In this document: in pieces, positions 52,503 to 61,845 of the stretch
How positions within the stretch are numbered: the stretch's first letter is position 1
How the letters are laid out: each line of letters opens with the position of its first letter
Origin: Candidatus Solincola daggyaiensis
GTDB lineage: Bacteria > Actinomycetota > Geothermincolia > Geothermincolales > RBG-13-55-18
Assembly: GCA_015711825.1 (NCBI GenBank)
Contig: JACVJD010000002.1
Coordinates: 5,752 to 69,751 of the forward strand
Reading direction: 5' to 3'
Length of the DNA stretch: 64,000 bases
Translations under genes and position numbers: made by a program
Notes under the pieces: model-generated
What the model was told of the DNA's origin: nothing
What the model saw: the letters and a program-made list of their open reading frames with translations, nothing else
Database searches by the model: none

Positions 52503-53624
52503 TCACCCTCGACGGTATAGGATATCGGCCATCACGGCATTGGAGACCAGCATGCCGCGCGCGGTAAGCCTGACCCTGCCGCCGCTTATGGTCAGCAGGC
52601 CGCAATTCTCCAGGTCACGCAGCTCTTCCCGCGTGCCGCCTATGGTCCTCTCGGGCACCCCGCGCGCCGTGCGCATACCGAGCATGATCATCTCCTCACG
52701 TGCCTCCTCTTCCGCGACGGCCTCAGCTCCACACACCGGAAGCTCTCCCGCTTTCAGCAGGCGCAGGTAGAGCAATACCGAGCGCTGGTTCCGGAAACGC
52801 ACTCCTCCGAGCAGGGAATGCGCCCCCGCGCCAACTCCCAGGTATTCCTCCCTGCGCCAGTAAGCAAGGTTGTGCCGGCAGCAATGTCCCGGTTTGCAGA
52901 AATTGGATATTTCATAATGCTCGAAACCTTTACTCTCCAGCATCTCAACCGCCGAGAGGTATTGGCGCGCCGCTTCTTCCTCGCGAGGCAGCACCACCGT
53001 TCCCTGTTCTACCAGGCGCTGCAAGGGAGTTCCGCTTTCAAGAGTAAGGGCGTAGACGCTGAGATGATGCACCCCCATGCCCGACATCTCCTCTAGGCCG
53101 GAGAGGAAGGCGTCCTCACTCCCTGCCGGCAAAGCGTACATGAGGTCCGCGTTGACGGTGCGCGCTCCCGAGGTAAGTGCGGAGGCCACCGCCCGCCTGG
53201 CTTCCAGGGCATCGTGGGTGCGGGAGAGCCGACGCAGGGCGCCGTCGTCCAAGGATTGCACCCCTATGCTAAGGCGGTTGACACCCCCGGAGACGGCATG
53301 CCTGAAATCCCCGGCCTCCCAGGTGGCGGGGTTGATCTCTACCGTGACCTCTGCATCAGCATCCAGGCCGAAGGCCAGGGAGGCCGCATCGATCAAAGCG
53401 GCGACCTCCTCGCCGGACATGCACGATGGCGTGCCGCCCCCGATATAGATCGATCGCAACCCCTGTCCGCCAAGCCTTATCAATGAGGCCCAGGTTTTCA
53501 TCTCCTTCACGAGGGTCTCGCCATAGGCCGCCATCAAGGATTGCGTGGCCACGCGGGAGTTGAAATCGCAATAGGAGCATCGCGAGCGGCAAAAGGGCCA
53601 GTGTATGTACAGCCTCATGCGCAT
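52503..53624 (-). CDS. hemW: Radical-SAM heme chaperone HemW (HemN-like)
   Basis: LYIHWPFCRSRCSYCDFNS CxxxCxxC motif; 373 aa. Confidence 0.85.
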   Translation of the reverse strand: MRMRLYIHWPFCRSRCSYCDFNSRVATQSLMAAYGETLVKEMKTWASLIRLGGQGLRSIYIGGGTPSCMSGEEVAALIDAASLAFGLDADAEVTVEINPATWEAGDFRHAVSGGVNRLSIGVQSLDDGALRRLSRTHDALEARRAVASALTSGARTVNADLMYALPAGSEDAFLSGLEEMSGMGVHHLSVYALTLESGTPLQRLVEQGTVVLPREEEAARQYLSAVEMLESKGFEHYEISNFCKPGHCCRHNLAYWRREEYLGVGAGAHSLLGGVRFRNQRSVLLYLRLLKAGELPVCGAEAVAEEEAREEMIMLGMRTARGVPERTIGGTREELRDLENCGLLTISGGRVRLTARGMLVSNAVMADILYRRG

Positions 53625-53691
53625 CGCCCCTGAGCCGATGCGCGCCTCCCGCCCCGAGCCCGCGCCATGTTGCGGCGTCGCCGCAGCGCAG

Positions 53692-55506
53692 TCATTTCCC
53701 CTTGTCCTCCCCTCCCGACCGCAGGGCCGAGATGAAGGCCTCTTGGGGTATCTCCACCTTGCCCACCATCTTCATGCGTTTCTTGCCCTCTTTCTGCTTC
53801 TGCAGCAGTTTCTTTTTCCTGGTCACGTCGCCGCCGTAGCATTTCGCCAGCACATCCTTGCGGCGGGCTTTGATGGTCTCCCTGGCCACCACCCTGCCGC
53901 CCACCACCGCCTGTACCGGTACGTCGAAAAGCTGGCGCGGGATGAGCTCCCGCAGCCTCTGGGTGATGCGCTTTCCGTAATCGTGCGCCCTGCTCCTCTC
54001 CACGATCACCGAGAAGGCGTCCACCGGCTCGCCGTTTATAAGGATATCCAGCCTTACCAGGTTGCCGGGCAGGAACCCCATATGCTCGTAATCGAGCGAG
54101 GCGTAGCCGCGGCTGCGCGATTTGAGCTGGTCATAGAAGTCTATCACCATCTCCGCCAGTGGAAGCCGGCAGCGTAACTCCACGCGTCGGCCGGAGAGGT
54201 AAGCCATGTCCTGGTATATCCCCCTGCGCTCCTTCACCAGCTCAAGTATCCCCCCCATATAATCCGGCGGCACCAATATGGTCGCCCGCACGTAAGGTTC
54301 CCTTATCTCCTTTATGGTGCCCATGTCCGGCATGTCCGAGGGGTTGCGAACGTGGGTTATTCGACCTTCCCTGTCCTCCACCTCGTAGACCACGTTCGGG
54401 GAGGTGACCACCAGGTCTAGCCCATACTCCCTTTCCAGGCGCTCCTGCACGATCTCCATGTGCAGCAGCCCCAGGAAACCGCAGCGAAAACCGAAACCCA
54501 GCGCCTTGGAGTTTTCCCGCACGAAGCTGAGGGCGGCATCGTTCAACTTCAGCTTTTCCAGCGCGTCGTTCAGGTCGGTGAAGGCGTCGGAATCCACGGG
54601 GTATATGCCCGCAAAAACCATGGGCTTGGGATCCCGGTAACCCGGTAAAGGCTCCGCCGCCGGCGCCTCCCTCCCGGTCACCGTGTCTCCCACCCTGATG
54701 CGCGTGACATCCTTGATCCCGGTGATGATATATCCCACCTCACCCGCCTCGAGTCCCGGGCACGAGATCATGTCGGGTGAGAAAAACCCCACTTCGTCCA
54801 CGGAGGCGGATACCCCGGTGGCCATGAAGCCGATCTTCATGCCCCGGCTTACCGTCCCTTCCACTACGCGCACGAATGCGACCACGCCTCGGTAGGAATC
54901 GTAGGTGGAATCGAAAACCAGGGCGCGCAAAGGCATCCACGCCTCCCCTGACGGCGCGGGGACTCGTTCCACTACCGCGTCGAGGAGCTTTTCGGTGCCC
55001 TCGCCGGTCTTGGCCGACACCATCAACACCTCTGCGGGGTCTATCCCCAGCAAGTCGGCTATCTCCATGGCGGTGCCCTCTGCGTCCGACGCCGGCAGGT
55101 CGATCTTGTTCACCACCGGGATTATCTCCAGGCCCGACTCCACCGCCAGGTAGGCGTTTCCCACCGTCTGGGCCTCCACGCCCTGGGAGGCGTCCACCAG
55201 CAGGATGGCTCCCTCGCAGGCCGCCAGGCTGCGCGATACCTCGTATGAGAAATCGACATGTCCGGGGGTGTCGATGAGGTTCAGGCGATATTCCACTCCG
55301 TCACCGGCACGATACTGCATGCGCACCGCCTGCGCCTTTATGGTTATACCGCGCTCCCTCTCCAACTCCATGCGATCGAGGTACTGCTCCGCCATCTTCT
55401 GGCGCGGAACGGTGTCGGTGATCTCCAGGAAGCGGTCCGCAAGGGTGGATTTCCCATGATCGATATGCGCGATTATGCAAAAATTCCTTATCCTGCTCCT
55501 GTCCAT
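53692..55506 (-). CDS. lepA: Elongation factor 4 (LepA)
   Basis: [21 protein letters not shown]-domain, 604 aa, LepA C-terminal domain. Confidence 0.95.
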   Translation of the reverse strand: MDRSRIRNFCIIAHIDHGKSTLADRFLEITDTVPRQKMAEQYLDRMELERERGITIKAQAVRMQYRAGDGVEYRLNLIDTPGHVDFSYEVSRSLAACEGAILLVDASQGVEAQTVGNAYLAVESGLEIIPVVNKIDLPASDAEGTAMEIADLLGIDPAEVLMVSAKTGEGTEKLLDAVVERVPAPSGEAWMPLRALVFDSTYDSYRGVVAFVRVVEGTVSRGMKIGFMATGVSASVDEVGFFSPDMISCPGLEAGEVGYIITGIKDVTRIRVGDTVTGREAPAAEPLPGYRDPKPMVFAGIYPVDSDAFTDLNDALEKLKLNDAALSFVRENSKALGFGFRCGFLGLLHMEIVQERLEREYGLDLVVTSPNVVYEVEDREGRITHVRNPSDMPDMGTIKEIREPYVRATILVPPDYMGGILELVKERRGIYQDMAYLSGRRVELRCRLPLAEMVIDFYDQLKSRSRGYASLDYEHMGFLPGNLVRLDILINGEPVDAFSVIVERSRAHDYGKRITQRLRELIPRQLFDVPVQAVVGGRVVARETIKARRKDVLAKCYGGDVTRKKKLLQKQKEGKKRMKMVGKVEIPQEAFISALRSGGEDKGK

Positions 55507-55798
55507 GCCTTCACACCTAGGTTTTTATGGCCACGCGGCGAGAGAACCCGAGGGATGCCCGGCGGTAACCCACCACTTGTCCATGCAAATCGATGCAAAG
55601 TAATTATAGCCTCTGCTGGAACATGGCGTTACCTGTACTTACGGAAAGCCTGCAGGCGCGCACAGGCATCGACGCCGGACGACTTTTCCGGTTTGATCCA
55701 TGGACTCCCCTTCCTCTTTACCTCGTTGTCGAGGGCAACGGGGCCTGTTCCTGTGCTATCATTGCCGTATCTTACTTTGCCTTCCGTTATGGTGGGGA

Positions 55799-55827
55799 TT
55801 TACCCTCTTGCGCCCTTGTGCTACAAT
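55799..55827 (+). promoter_or_regulatory. Candidate sigma70-type promoter for rpsT
   Basis: TTTACC -17 nt- TACAAT, ~30 nt upstream of the rpsT SD AAGGAG. Confidence 0.4.
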
Positions 55828-55857
55828 CTCCCCTGTTTGATGAAAGGAGTGAGACCT

Positions 55858-56121
55858 TTGCCCAATAATAGACAGCAGGAGAAGCGCATGCGGCAGGCGG
55901 AGAAGAGACGTATGCGCAACAAGTCGCGCAAATCGGAGATCAAGACCTACATCCGCCGCTTCGAGGCGGCCCTGCAGCGGGGCGACCGTGATGAATGTGA
56001 GGTCTATTTGGCAAAAGCGGTAAAAGCCCTGGACAAGGCGGCCGGCGACGGTATCCTGCACAAGAACAACGCCGCCAACCGGAAATCGCGCCTCATGCGC
56101 AAGTTCAACGCCCTTTCCTGA
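55858..56121 (+). CDS. rpsT: 30S ribosomal protein S20
   Basis: (M)PNNRQQEKRMRQAEKRRMRNKSRKSEIKTYIRRFEAAL...; TTG start 9 nt after AAGGAG; the longer ORF upstream is antisense to lepA. Confidence 0.85.
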   Translation: MPNNRQQEKRMRQAEKRRMRNKSRKSEIKTYIRRFEAALQRGDRDECEVYLAKAVKALDKAAGDGILHKNNAANRKSRLMRKFNALS

Positions 56122-56138
56122 CCGCTCGCCCTCCGCGC

Positions 56139-58553
56139 TCAGGCGCGCAGACGCGCCCCGAATCTCTCCCTCAGGGCTGTCACTATGACCTCGAAGGATG
56201 CGCGTGCTTCCTCGTCCCTCAGGGTACGATCCATGGCGCAGAACACCAGGTTGAAAGCCAGGCTTTTCTTGCCCTCCCCGAGCTGCTCGCCGCGATAGAG
56301 GTCGAAAAGCCTCGCCTCGTAGAGCAGTTCCCCTCCGGTCTCGCGGATGGCTTTTTCCAGCGCCGAGGCCTCGATCTCCTCGTCCACCACCACCGCCAGG
56401 TCCATCTGCAGGGTCGGGAAACGCGGTATCTCGCGGAAGTGCGGTTCCAAACGCGCCGCTTCAAAAAGGGACAGCTCTATCTCCATTACCGCGATATTGC
56501 GAGGTAGGTCGGCATGATCGCAGACCCGCGGGTGCAGCGTGCCCATAAAACCGGCCTTTTCCCCTTTCACCAATACCGCGCATGATTGCGAGGGATGAAG
56601 GAAGGGCAGTTCCTCCCTTTGCAGGGAGAACTCTTGCACCATCAATGAAGAGGCCATTCGCTCCATGATGCCCTTGAGGGTGAAGAAATCAACCGCCTCG
56701 GCGTCGCCGCTCCACTGTTTGGGAACCCAATCCCCGGCGAGCGCGCATGCCAGCATGAGGGGTTCGCGCGGCAAGGCTTCTCCCTCCTGGGGCAAGAACA
56801 CTCTACCCAGTTCGTAGAGATGGACATCGCTGACCCGGCGGTTGACGTTGAAGCGTACCGCCTCGAGCAACCCCGGCAGCAGGCTGGGGCGCATCACCGC
56901 GTTCTCCTCGCTCAAGGGGTTCCTCAGGCGCACGGGAAAGCGCGGCAACCATTCGCGCGCGGGGTCCAGCCTGTCCATCCACGCTTCGGAGATAAAGGAG
57001 ACGGTGACCGCCTCGTGCAGGCCCAGCCCACACATGACGCGAGCCGCCTCCCGCTTGAATCTCTGCCCCGGTGTCAGCGTTCCCACCCTCGCGGAGGAAG
57101 ACGGCAGGGTCGAAGGGACGTTTTGGTAACCGTGTATCCTGGCTATCTCCTCCACCAGGTCGATCTCCCGCTCCAGGTCAGGCCTGAACGTGGGCACTTC
57201 CACCTCCAGCACCGCGCCTCTTTCCCCTGCCTTCTCCGCCGTTACCTCAAGCTCAAGCGATTGCAGGACGCGGCGTGCCTCCTTCGCCTCCAGGGCTATG
57301 CCGATGAGCTTTGACGCCCGTTCCACGCGAAAGCTCAATCTGAGCGGCGCTATCTCCCTGGCGCGCGCGTCGATCACCCCCCTCCTTATCCTCCCTCCCG
57401 CCAGCTCCCGCATGAAGTAGGCGGCACGATCGGCGGCGCGCGCGCACCCGGAGGGATCGACGCCACGCTCAAAACGATACGACGCCTCCGAGGAAAGACC
57501 CTGCTGTCGCGAGGTACGCATGATGTTCGCGGGGTCGAAGTGGGCTGACTCCAGCAACACCCTGGTGGTGGCCTCGTTTATCTCCGTGTGCTCGCCTCCC
57601 ATGACCCCGGCTAGGGCCACCGGTCCGCGGGGATCGCAGATCAGCAGATCCTCCGGCGACAGCCTTCGCTCCACCCCGTCCAAGGTCACCATGCTCTCGC
57701 CCGCTAATGCCCTGCGTACGATGATGTTACCATCCTTTAAGAGGTCAAAATCGAATGCATGCAGCGGCTGGCCCGTTTCCAGCATGACGTAATTGGTTAT
57801 ATCCACCACGTTGTTTATCGGCCTCACGCCGGCCGCACGCAGGCGTCTTCTCATCCACCAGGGGGATGCTGCGATTTCCAGCCCCTCGATAAGCCGGGCG
57901 GAGTAGCGAGAGCAGAGGTCGGAGTCGATTATATCCACCCTTACGTCATCGGCGGCAGGCGGGTCGTCCTCCTTCAATTGGAAGTGGGGGCGGCGCATCC
58001 TTGCCCCGGTGACGGCCGATACCTCACGCGCCATCCCCAGCATGCACAGGCAGTCAGGTCGATTGGGGGTCACCTCCAGAACCAGCACGGTGTCCTCTGC
58101 CCCCAGCGCTTTCTTGAGCGGGAATCCGGGCTCCGCTGCCTCCTCGAGTTCCATGATCCCCGCCGCCTGCTCGGAGATGCCCAACTCCCGTTCCGAGAGC
58201 AGCATGCCCTTGGAGGCAACGCCCCGTATGACGGCCTCGCCGATGGTGCTGCCGTCCGGTAACCTGGTGCCCGGCGGGGCAACCGGCGCAAGCATGCCGG
58301 GCCTGACGTTGGGAGCCCCGCACACGATATCCACGCTGCGCTCCCCCAAGTCAACACGGCAGACCCTCAAGCGATCCGCATGCGGGTGCGGCGTCACCTC
58401 GAGCACTCGGCCCACCAGCATACCATCCAGTTCGTTTCCCAGCTTTTCAACGCCTTCCACCGCGGTTCCCGCCATGGTCAAACGTTCGGCAAGTTCGTAT
58501 GCGTCGATAGCGAGCTCCACGTACTCGCTCAGCCATTGTAATGAAACCCGCAA
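56139..58553 (-). CDS. pheT: Phenylalanine--tRNA ligase beta subunit
   Basis: 804 aa; tRNA-binding N-domain, B3/4, B5, FDX-ACB domains. Confidence 0.9.
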   Translation of the reverse strand: MRVSLQWLSEYVELAIDAYELAERLTMAGTAVEGVEKLGNELDGMLVGRVLEVTPHPHADRLRVCRVDLGERSVDIVCGAPNVRPGMLAPVAPPGTRLPDGSTIGEAVIRGVASKGMLLSERELGISEQAAGIMELEEAAEPGFPLKKALGAEDTVLVLEVTPNRPDCLCMLGMAREVSAVTGARMRRPHFQLKEDDPPAADDVRVDIIDSDLCSRYSARLIEGLEIAASPWWMRRRLRAAGVRPINNVVDITNYVMLETGQPLHAFDFDLLKDGNIIVRRALAGESMVTLDGVERRLSPEDLLICDPRGPVALAGVMGGEHTEINEATTRVLLESAHFDPANIMRTSRQQGLSSEASYRFERGVDPSGCARAADRAAYFMRELAGGRIRRGVIDARAREIAPLRLSFRVERASKLIGIALEAKEARRVLQSLELEVTAEKAGERGAVLEVEVPTFRPDLEREIDLVEEIARIHGYQNVPSTLPSSSARVGTLTPGQRFKREAARVMCGLGLHEAVTVSFISEAWMDRLDPAREWLPRFPVRLRNPLSEENAVMRPSLLPGLLEAVRFNVNRRVSDVHLYELGRVFLPQEGEALPREPLMLACALAGDWVPKQWSGDAEAVDFFTLKGIMERMASSLMVQEFSLQREELPFLHPSQSCAVLVKGEKAGFMGTLHPRVCDHADLPRNIAVMEIELSLFEAARLEPHFREIPRFPTLQMDLAVVVDEEIEASALEKAIRETGGELLYEARLFDLYRGEQLGEGKKSLAFNLVFCAMDRTLRDEEARASFEVIVTALRERFGARLRA

Positions 58554-58566
58554 TTCCGCCTCCCTT

Positions 58567-59637
58567 TCAGAACTGCGCCAGTAGGCGCAAATCGTTGTCG
58601 AAAAGGTACCTGATATCCGGGACCCCGTACTTCAGCATAGCGATACGATCCACTCCCATGCCGAAAGCGAAACCGCTGTACCTCTCCGCGTCGTAGCCCA
58701 CATAACCGAAGACGTTGGGGTCGACCATTCCCGCACCCAGTATCTCCAGCCACCCCGTTCCCTTGCAAACCCTGCACCCCTTACCGCCGCATATAATGCA
58801 TGAGACGTCCACCTCCGCGCTGGGCTCGGTGAAGGGGAAGAAATGGGGACGGAAGCGCACGGCACGGTCTTCCCCGAACATGCGCTTGGCAAAAAACTCG
58901 AGGGTTCCCTTCAGATCCGCCAGGGATATGCGCTCATCGACCGCCAGCCCCTCCACCTGGTGAAACATGGGGGAGTGGGTGGCGTCCGGGACGTCATGCC
59001 GGTAAGCTTTACCGGGGGCGATGACATAGAGGGGTGGAGAGGTCGACTCCATAACCCTGATCTGCACCGGGGATGTATGGGTGCGCAGCAACACGTCCTC
59101 CCTGCCGACGGCAGAGGCGTCCACGTAGAAGGTATCCTGCAACGACTTCGAAGGGTGCCACTCGGGCGTGTTCAAGGCCTCGAAGTTATAGTAATCCAGT
59201 TCCACTTCCGGCCCCTCGGCCACGCGGTATCCCATAGCGATGAAGATATCCTCGATCTCCTCTATTATGCTGGATATAAGATGACGGCTTCCGTAGGTGA
59301 CGTGCCGACCCGGAAGAGTCACATCCAGCCGTTCCCCGCGCAGGCCGGCTTCCAGCTCCATACGCCGCAGTTCTTTTTCGCGCTCGTCGATGGCCTGCTC
59401 AAGCCAACCCTTGAGTCGATTTGCCATCATTCCCGCCCTGCGCCTATCCTGGGGCGGCAAGTCCTTTATTCCCTGCAACAGCGAGGTCAACTTGCCTTTT
59501 CGCCCCAGAAAAGCCACCCTGGCCTCTTCCAGCTCCGCTAGGCTTGCGGCCTTCGACAACGCAGCCAGCGCCTCCTCGCGCAGTGCCACCATCTCCGGGT
59601 TATCGCGCTCCTGGTCATTCACCTTTTCTGCAGCCAT
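58567..59637 (-). CDS. pheS: Phenylalanine--tRNA ligase alpha subunit
   Basis: Class II motifs (FRPHFFPFTEPSAEVDV, GAGMVDPNV); ATG 59637 5 nt after AGGGAGG. Confidence 0.9.
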   Translation of the reverse strand: MAAEKVNDQERDNPEMVALREEALAALSKAASLAELEEARVAFLGRKGKLTSLLQGIKDLPPQDRRRAGMMANRLKGWLEQAIDEREKELRRMELEAGLRGERLDVTLPGRHVTYGSRHLISSIIEEIEDIFIAMGYRVAEGPEVELDYYNFEALNTPEWHPSKSLQDTFYVDASAVGREDVLLRTHTSPVQIRVMESTSPPLYVIAPGKAYRHDVPDATHSPMFHQVEGLAVDERISLADLKGTLEFFAKRMFGEDRAVRFRPHFFPFTEPSAEVDVSCIICGGKGCRVCKGTGWLEILGAGMVDPNVFGYVGYDAERYSGFAFGMGVDRIAMLKYGVPDIRYLFDNDLRLLAQF

Positions 59638-59667
59638 GCAAACCTCCCTATATTCGCAAAGCAATCA

Positions 59668-60492
59668 TCATCGCGACCATACCCGGCGAGCGCGTTCCAC
59701 TTCATAGAGCAACACCGCGGCGGCTGCGGCCACGTTAAGCGATTCCGCTTTTCCGAGCATCGGCACCCGGACCGTCACGTCCAGGAACTCTTCATCCTCC
59801 TGCGGGATACCCCATGCCTCGTTACCGAATACCAATGCCGTTCTTTCCGGCCACGAGAAGTCCCAGTGCTCCCTACCCCCGTGCGGGGTTGCCGCAATGA
59901 CGGAGAAACCTTGCTCCCTGAGGGCCACCGCCGTCTCGCGCATACTGAGCCCCACGCAATGCGGGAGATGGAATATCGAGCCCGCGGTGCTGCGCACCGT
60001 CTTGGGGTTATACAGATCGGCGCTTTGTGAGCAGACCACCATTCCGCCGGCTCCCGCCGCATCCGCCGCGCGCAGCATCGACCCGAGGTTTCCCGGATCT
60101 CTGACGCGATCGGCGACCACCAGAGTACTGGGTCCGGTCTCGAGCATCGACTTCAGATCGATATCCAGCATGGGCATAACGGCCAACACCCCCGGCGGCG
60201 TCGCCGCCGTGCTTAAGGTGGAGATCACGGATGTAGAGGCCAGGAAACATGGTATGCCGCGCCTCTCAATGATATCGCCGTAGGCGTCAAGGGCCTGCAT
60301 GCCCTTTTGGTCACAGATGAGACATTCCGGCTTGAGGTAATGCTTTATGGCCTCGGAGACGCCCTGGATGCCCTCTACCAGGAACTTTCTCTCTCGATGA
60401 CGAAAGTTCCTCTTGAGCAGCTTGCGATAACCTTTTACGCGCTCGTTGCGCGGGCTCTCGATCACCCCTGAGCGGCGAACCCCATCAGGCAC
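59668..60492 (-). CDS. TrmH/SpoU-family RNA 2'-O-methyltransferase
   Basis: SPOUT motifs ([45 protein letters not shown]). Confidence 0.75.
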   Translation of the reverse strand: MPDGVRRSGVIESPRNERVKGYRKLLKRNFRHRERKFLVEGIQGVSEAIKHYLKPECLICDQKGMQALDAYGDIIERRGIPCFLASTSVISTLSTAATPPGVLAVMPMLDIDLKSMLETGPSTLVVADRVRDPGNLGSMLRAADAAGAGGMVVCSQSADLYNPKTVRSTAGSIFHLPHCVGLSMRETAVALREQGFSVIAATPHGGREHWDFSWPERTALVFGNEAWGIPQEDEEFLDVTVRVPMLGKAESLNVAAAAAVLLYEVERARRVWSR

Positions 60493-60871
60493 TCGCCTCC
60501 TTCACCTCAAGTACTTTTTCCAGACTATCCCTTGCCATGCCCACCAATTCGGCGAAGGAGGTGGGGTCGTTCACCGCCATGTCCGCGAGGATCTTGCGGT
60601 TGACCTCGATCCCCGCGAGTTTTAAGCCCCTGATGAAACGACTATAGGTGAGCCCATGCCGCCTTGCCGCCGCATTGATGCGTGCGATCCACAATTTCCT
60701 GAAATCCCTCTTCCGGGTACGGCGGTCGCGGTATGCGTACTGCAGGGAGTGCATCACTTGCTCGTTGGCGCTGCGGAAGCTCCTGCTGCGGGCCCCCCTA
60801 TAGCCCTTGGCCATTCGCAGCACCTTCTTTTTCCTTTTTTTTCTAGCTACGGAATGTCTGGTCCTGGACAC
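60485..60871 (-). CDS. rplT: 50S ribosomal protein L20
   Basis: [39 protein letters not shown]... L20 family. Confidence 0.9.
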   Translation of the reverse strand: MSRTRHSVARKKRKKKVLRMAKGYRGARSRSFRSANEQVMHSLQYAYRDRRTRKRDFRKLWIARINAAARRHGLTYSRFIRGLKLAGIEVNRKILADMAVNDPTSFAELVGMARDSLEKVLEVKEASA

Positions 60872-60933
60872 TTTATATCAATCCTTTCAACGTCTGCTTG
60901 GCTGGTCGCGAGAAGTCGGCCTCTCGGCTTCTC

Positions 60934-61131
60934 CTAGCCTCTCCCCAGTATCTTCTTAACCTCGGCGAGGTCATGGGGCGACACCTCGCTCTTCAAACGG
61001 TAGCCGCGCTTACGCCGCGCGCTCTTCTTGGTAAGGAGGTGGCTACCGTAACCTTTCCTCCTCCTGATCTTCCCCTTGCCCGTCACCTCGAAGCGCTTCG
61101 CCGCTCCCCGGTGCGTTTTCTGTTTTGGCAT
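60934..61131 (-). CDS. rpmI: 50S ribosomal protein L35
   Basis: MPKQKTHRGAAKRFEVTGKGKIRRRKG...; SD GGAGGAAGGA upstream. Confidence 0.9.
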   Translation of the reverse strand: MPKQKTHRGAAKRFEVTGKGKIRRRKGYGSHLLTKKSARRKRGYRLKSEVSPHDLAEVKKILGRG

Positions 61132-61663
61132 TCCTTCCTCCGTCCTTCTTCGCGGCGCTCAGGGGCGCCAGGATCATCTGCATGTTGCGGCCATCCAGTT
61201 TCGGCTGCGATTCGACGGTTCCCAGATGCGAAAGCTCTTCCGCCAGTTGTTCAAGGAGGCTCCTGCCCAGGTCGGTGTGGCTCATCTCCCTTCCCCTGAA
61301 CATGATGGTGACCTTGACCTTGTTGCCCGCCTTAAGGAATCTCTCGATATGCCTTCGCTTGATCTCGTAATCGTGGCGGTCGATCTTGGGCCGCATCTTC
61401 ATTTCTTTATAGACCACCACGCTTTGTTTTTTGCGCGCCTCCTTCATCTTTACCGTCTGTTCGTAACGGTATTTGCCGTAGTCCATGATCTTACAGACCG
61501 GGGGCTGGGACTGTGGCGCCACCTCGACAAGGTCGAGGTCCATCTCCTCCGCCAGCTTTAGGGCCTCCTCAAGGGGTTTGATGCCTATCTGGTTTCCGTC
61601 CGGCCCTACCAGCCGCACCTCCCTGGCCCTGATCCCGTCATTGACGCGCACGTGCTTTTCTAT
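61043..61663 (-). CDS. infC: Translation initiation factor IF-3 (non-ATG start; C-terminal extension overlapping rpmI)
   Basis: VNDGIRAREVRLVGPDGNQIGI... IF3 N and C domains. In-frame ATA at 61663..61661 lies 7 nt after AGAAGGAGGG; GTG at 61651 is the alternative. Confidence 0.85.
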   Translation of the reverse strand: MEKHVRVNDGIRAREVRLVGPDGNQIGIKPLEEALKLAEEMDLDLVEVAPQSQPPVCKIMDYGKYRYEQTVKMKEARKKQSVVVYKEMKMRPKIDRHDYEIKRRHIERFLKAGNKVKVTIMFRGREMSHTDLGRSLLEQLAEELSHLGTVESQPKLDGRNMQMILAPLSAAKKDGGRNAKTENAPGSGEALRGDGQGEDQEEERLR

Positions 61664-61681
61664 CTGGCATCCCTCCTTCTT

Positions 61682-61715
61682 AAATCAAAAAGGATAGCGG
61701 TACTTCTCGCTATCC
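61682..61715 (-). terminator. Candidate Rho-independent terminator after the histidine kinase gene / before infC
   Basis: Plus aaatcaaaaaGGATAGCGgtacttctCGCTATCC: 8-bp perfect stem, 8-nt loop, followed on the minus strand by TTTTTGATTT. Confidence 0.5.
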
Positions 61716-61845
61716 GCAGGCCCTGGGCCCCGTAACCCCGCCGACTCCGCGCCGCGGGGTGAGAAGCGGTTCCGCCTCTGCTTGCAAATATTCTTTTTAC
61801 CGTGATGAAGTATAGTGTAAAGACGCGTTGCGGGCAATCCCTCCC

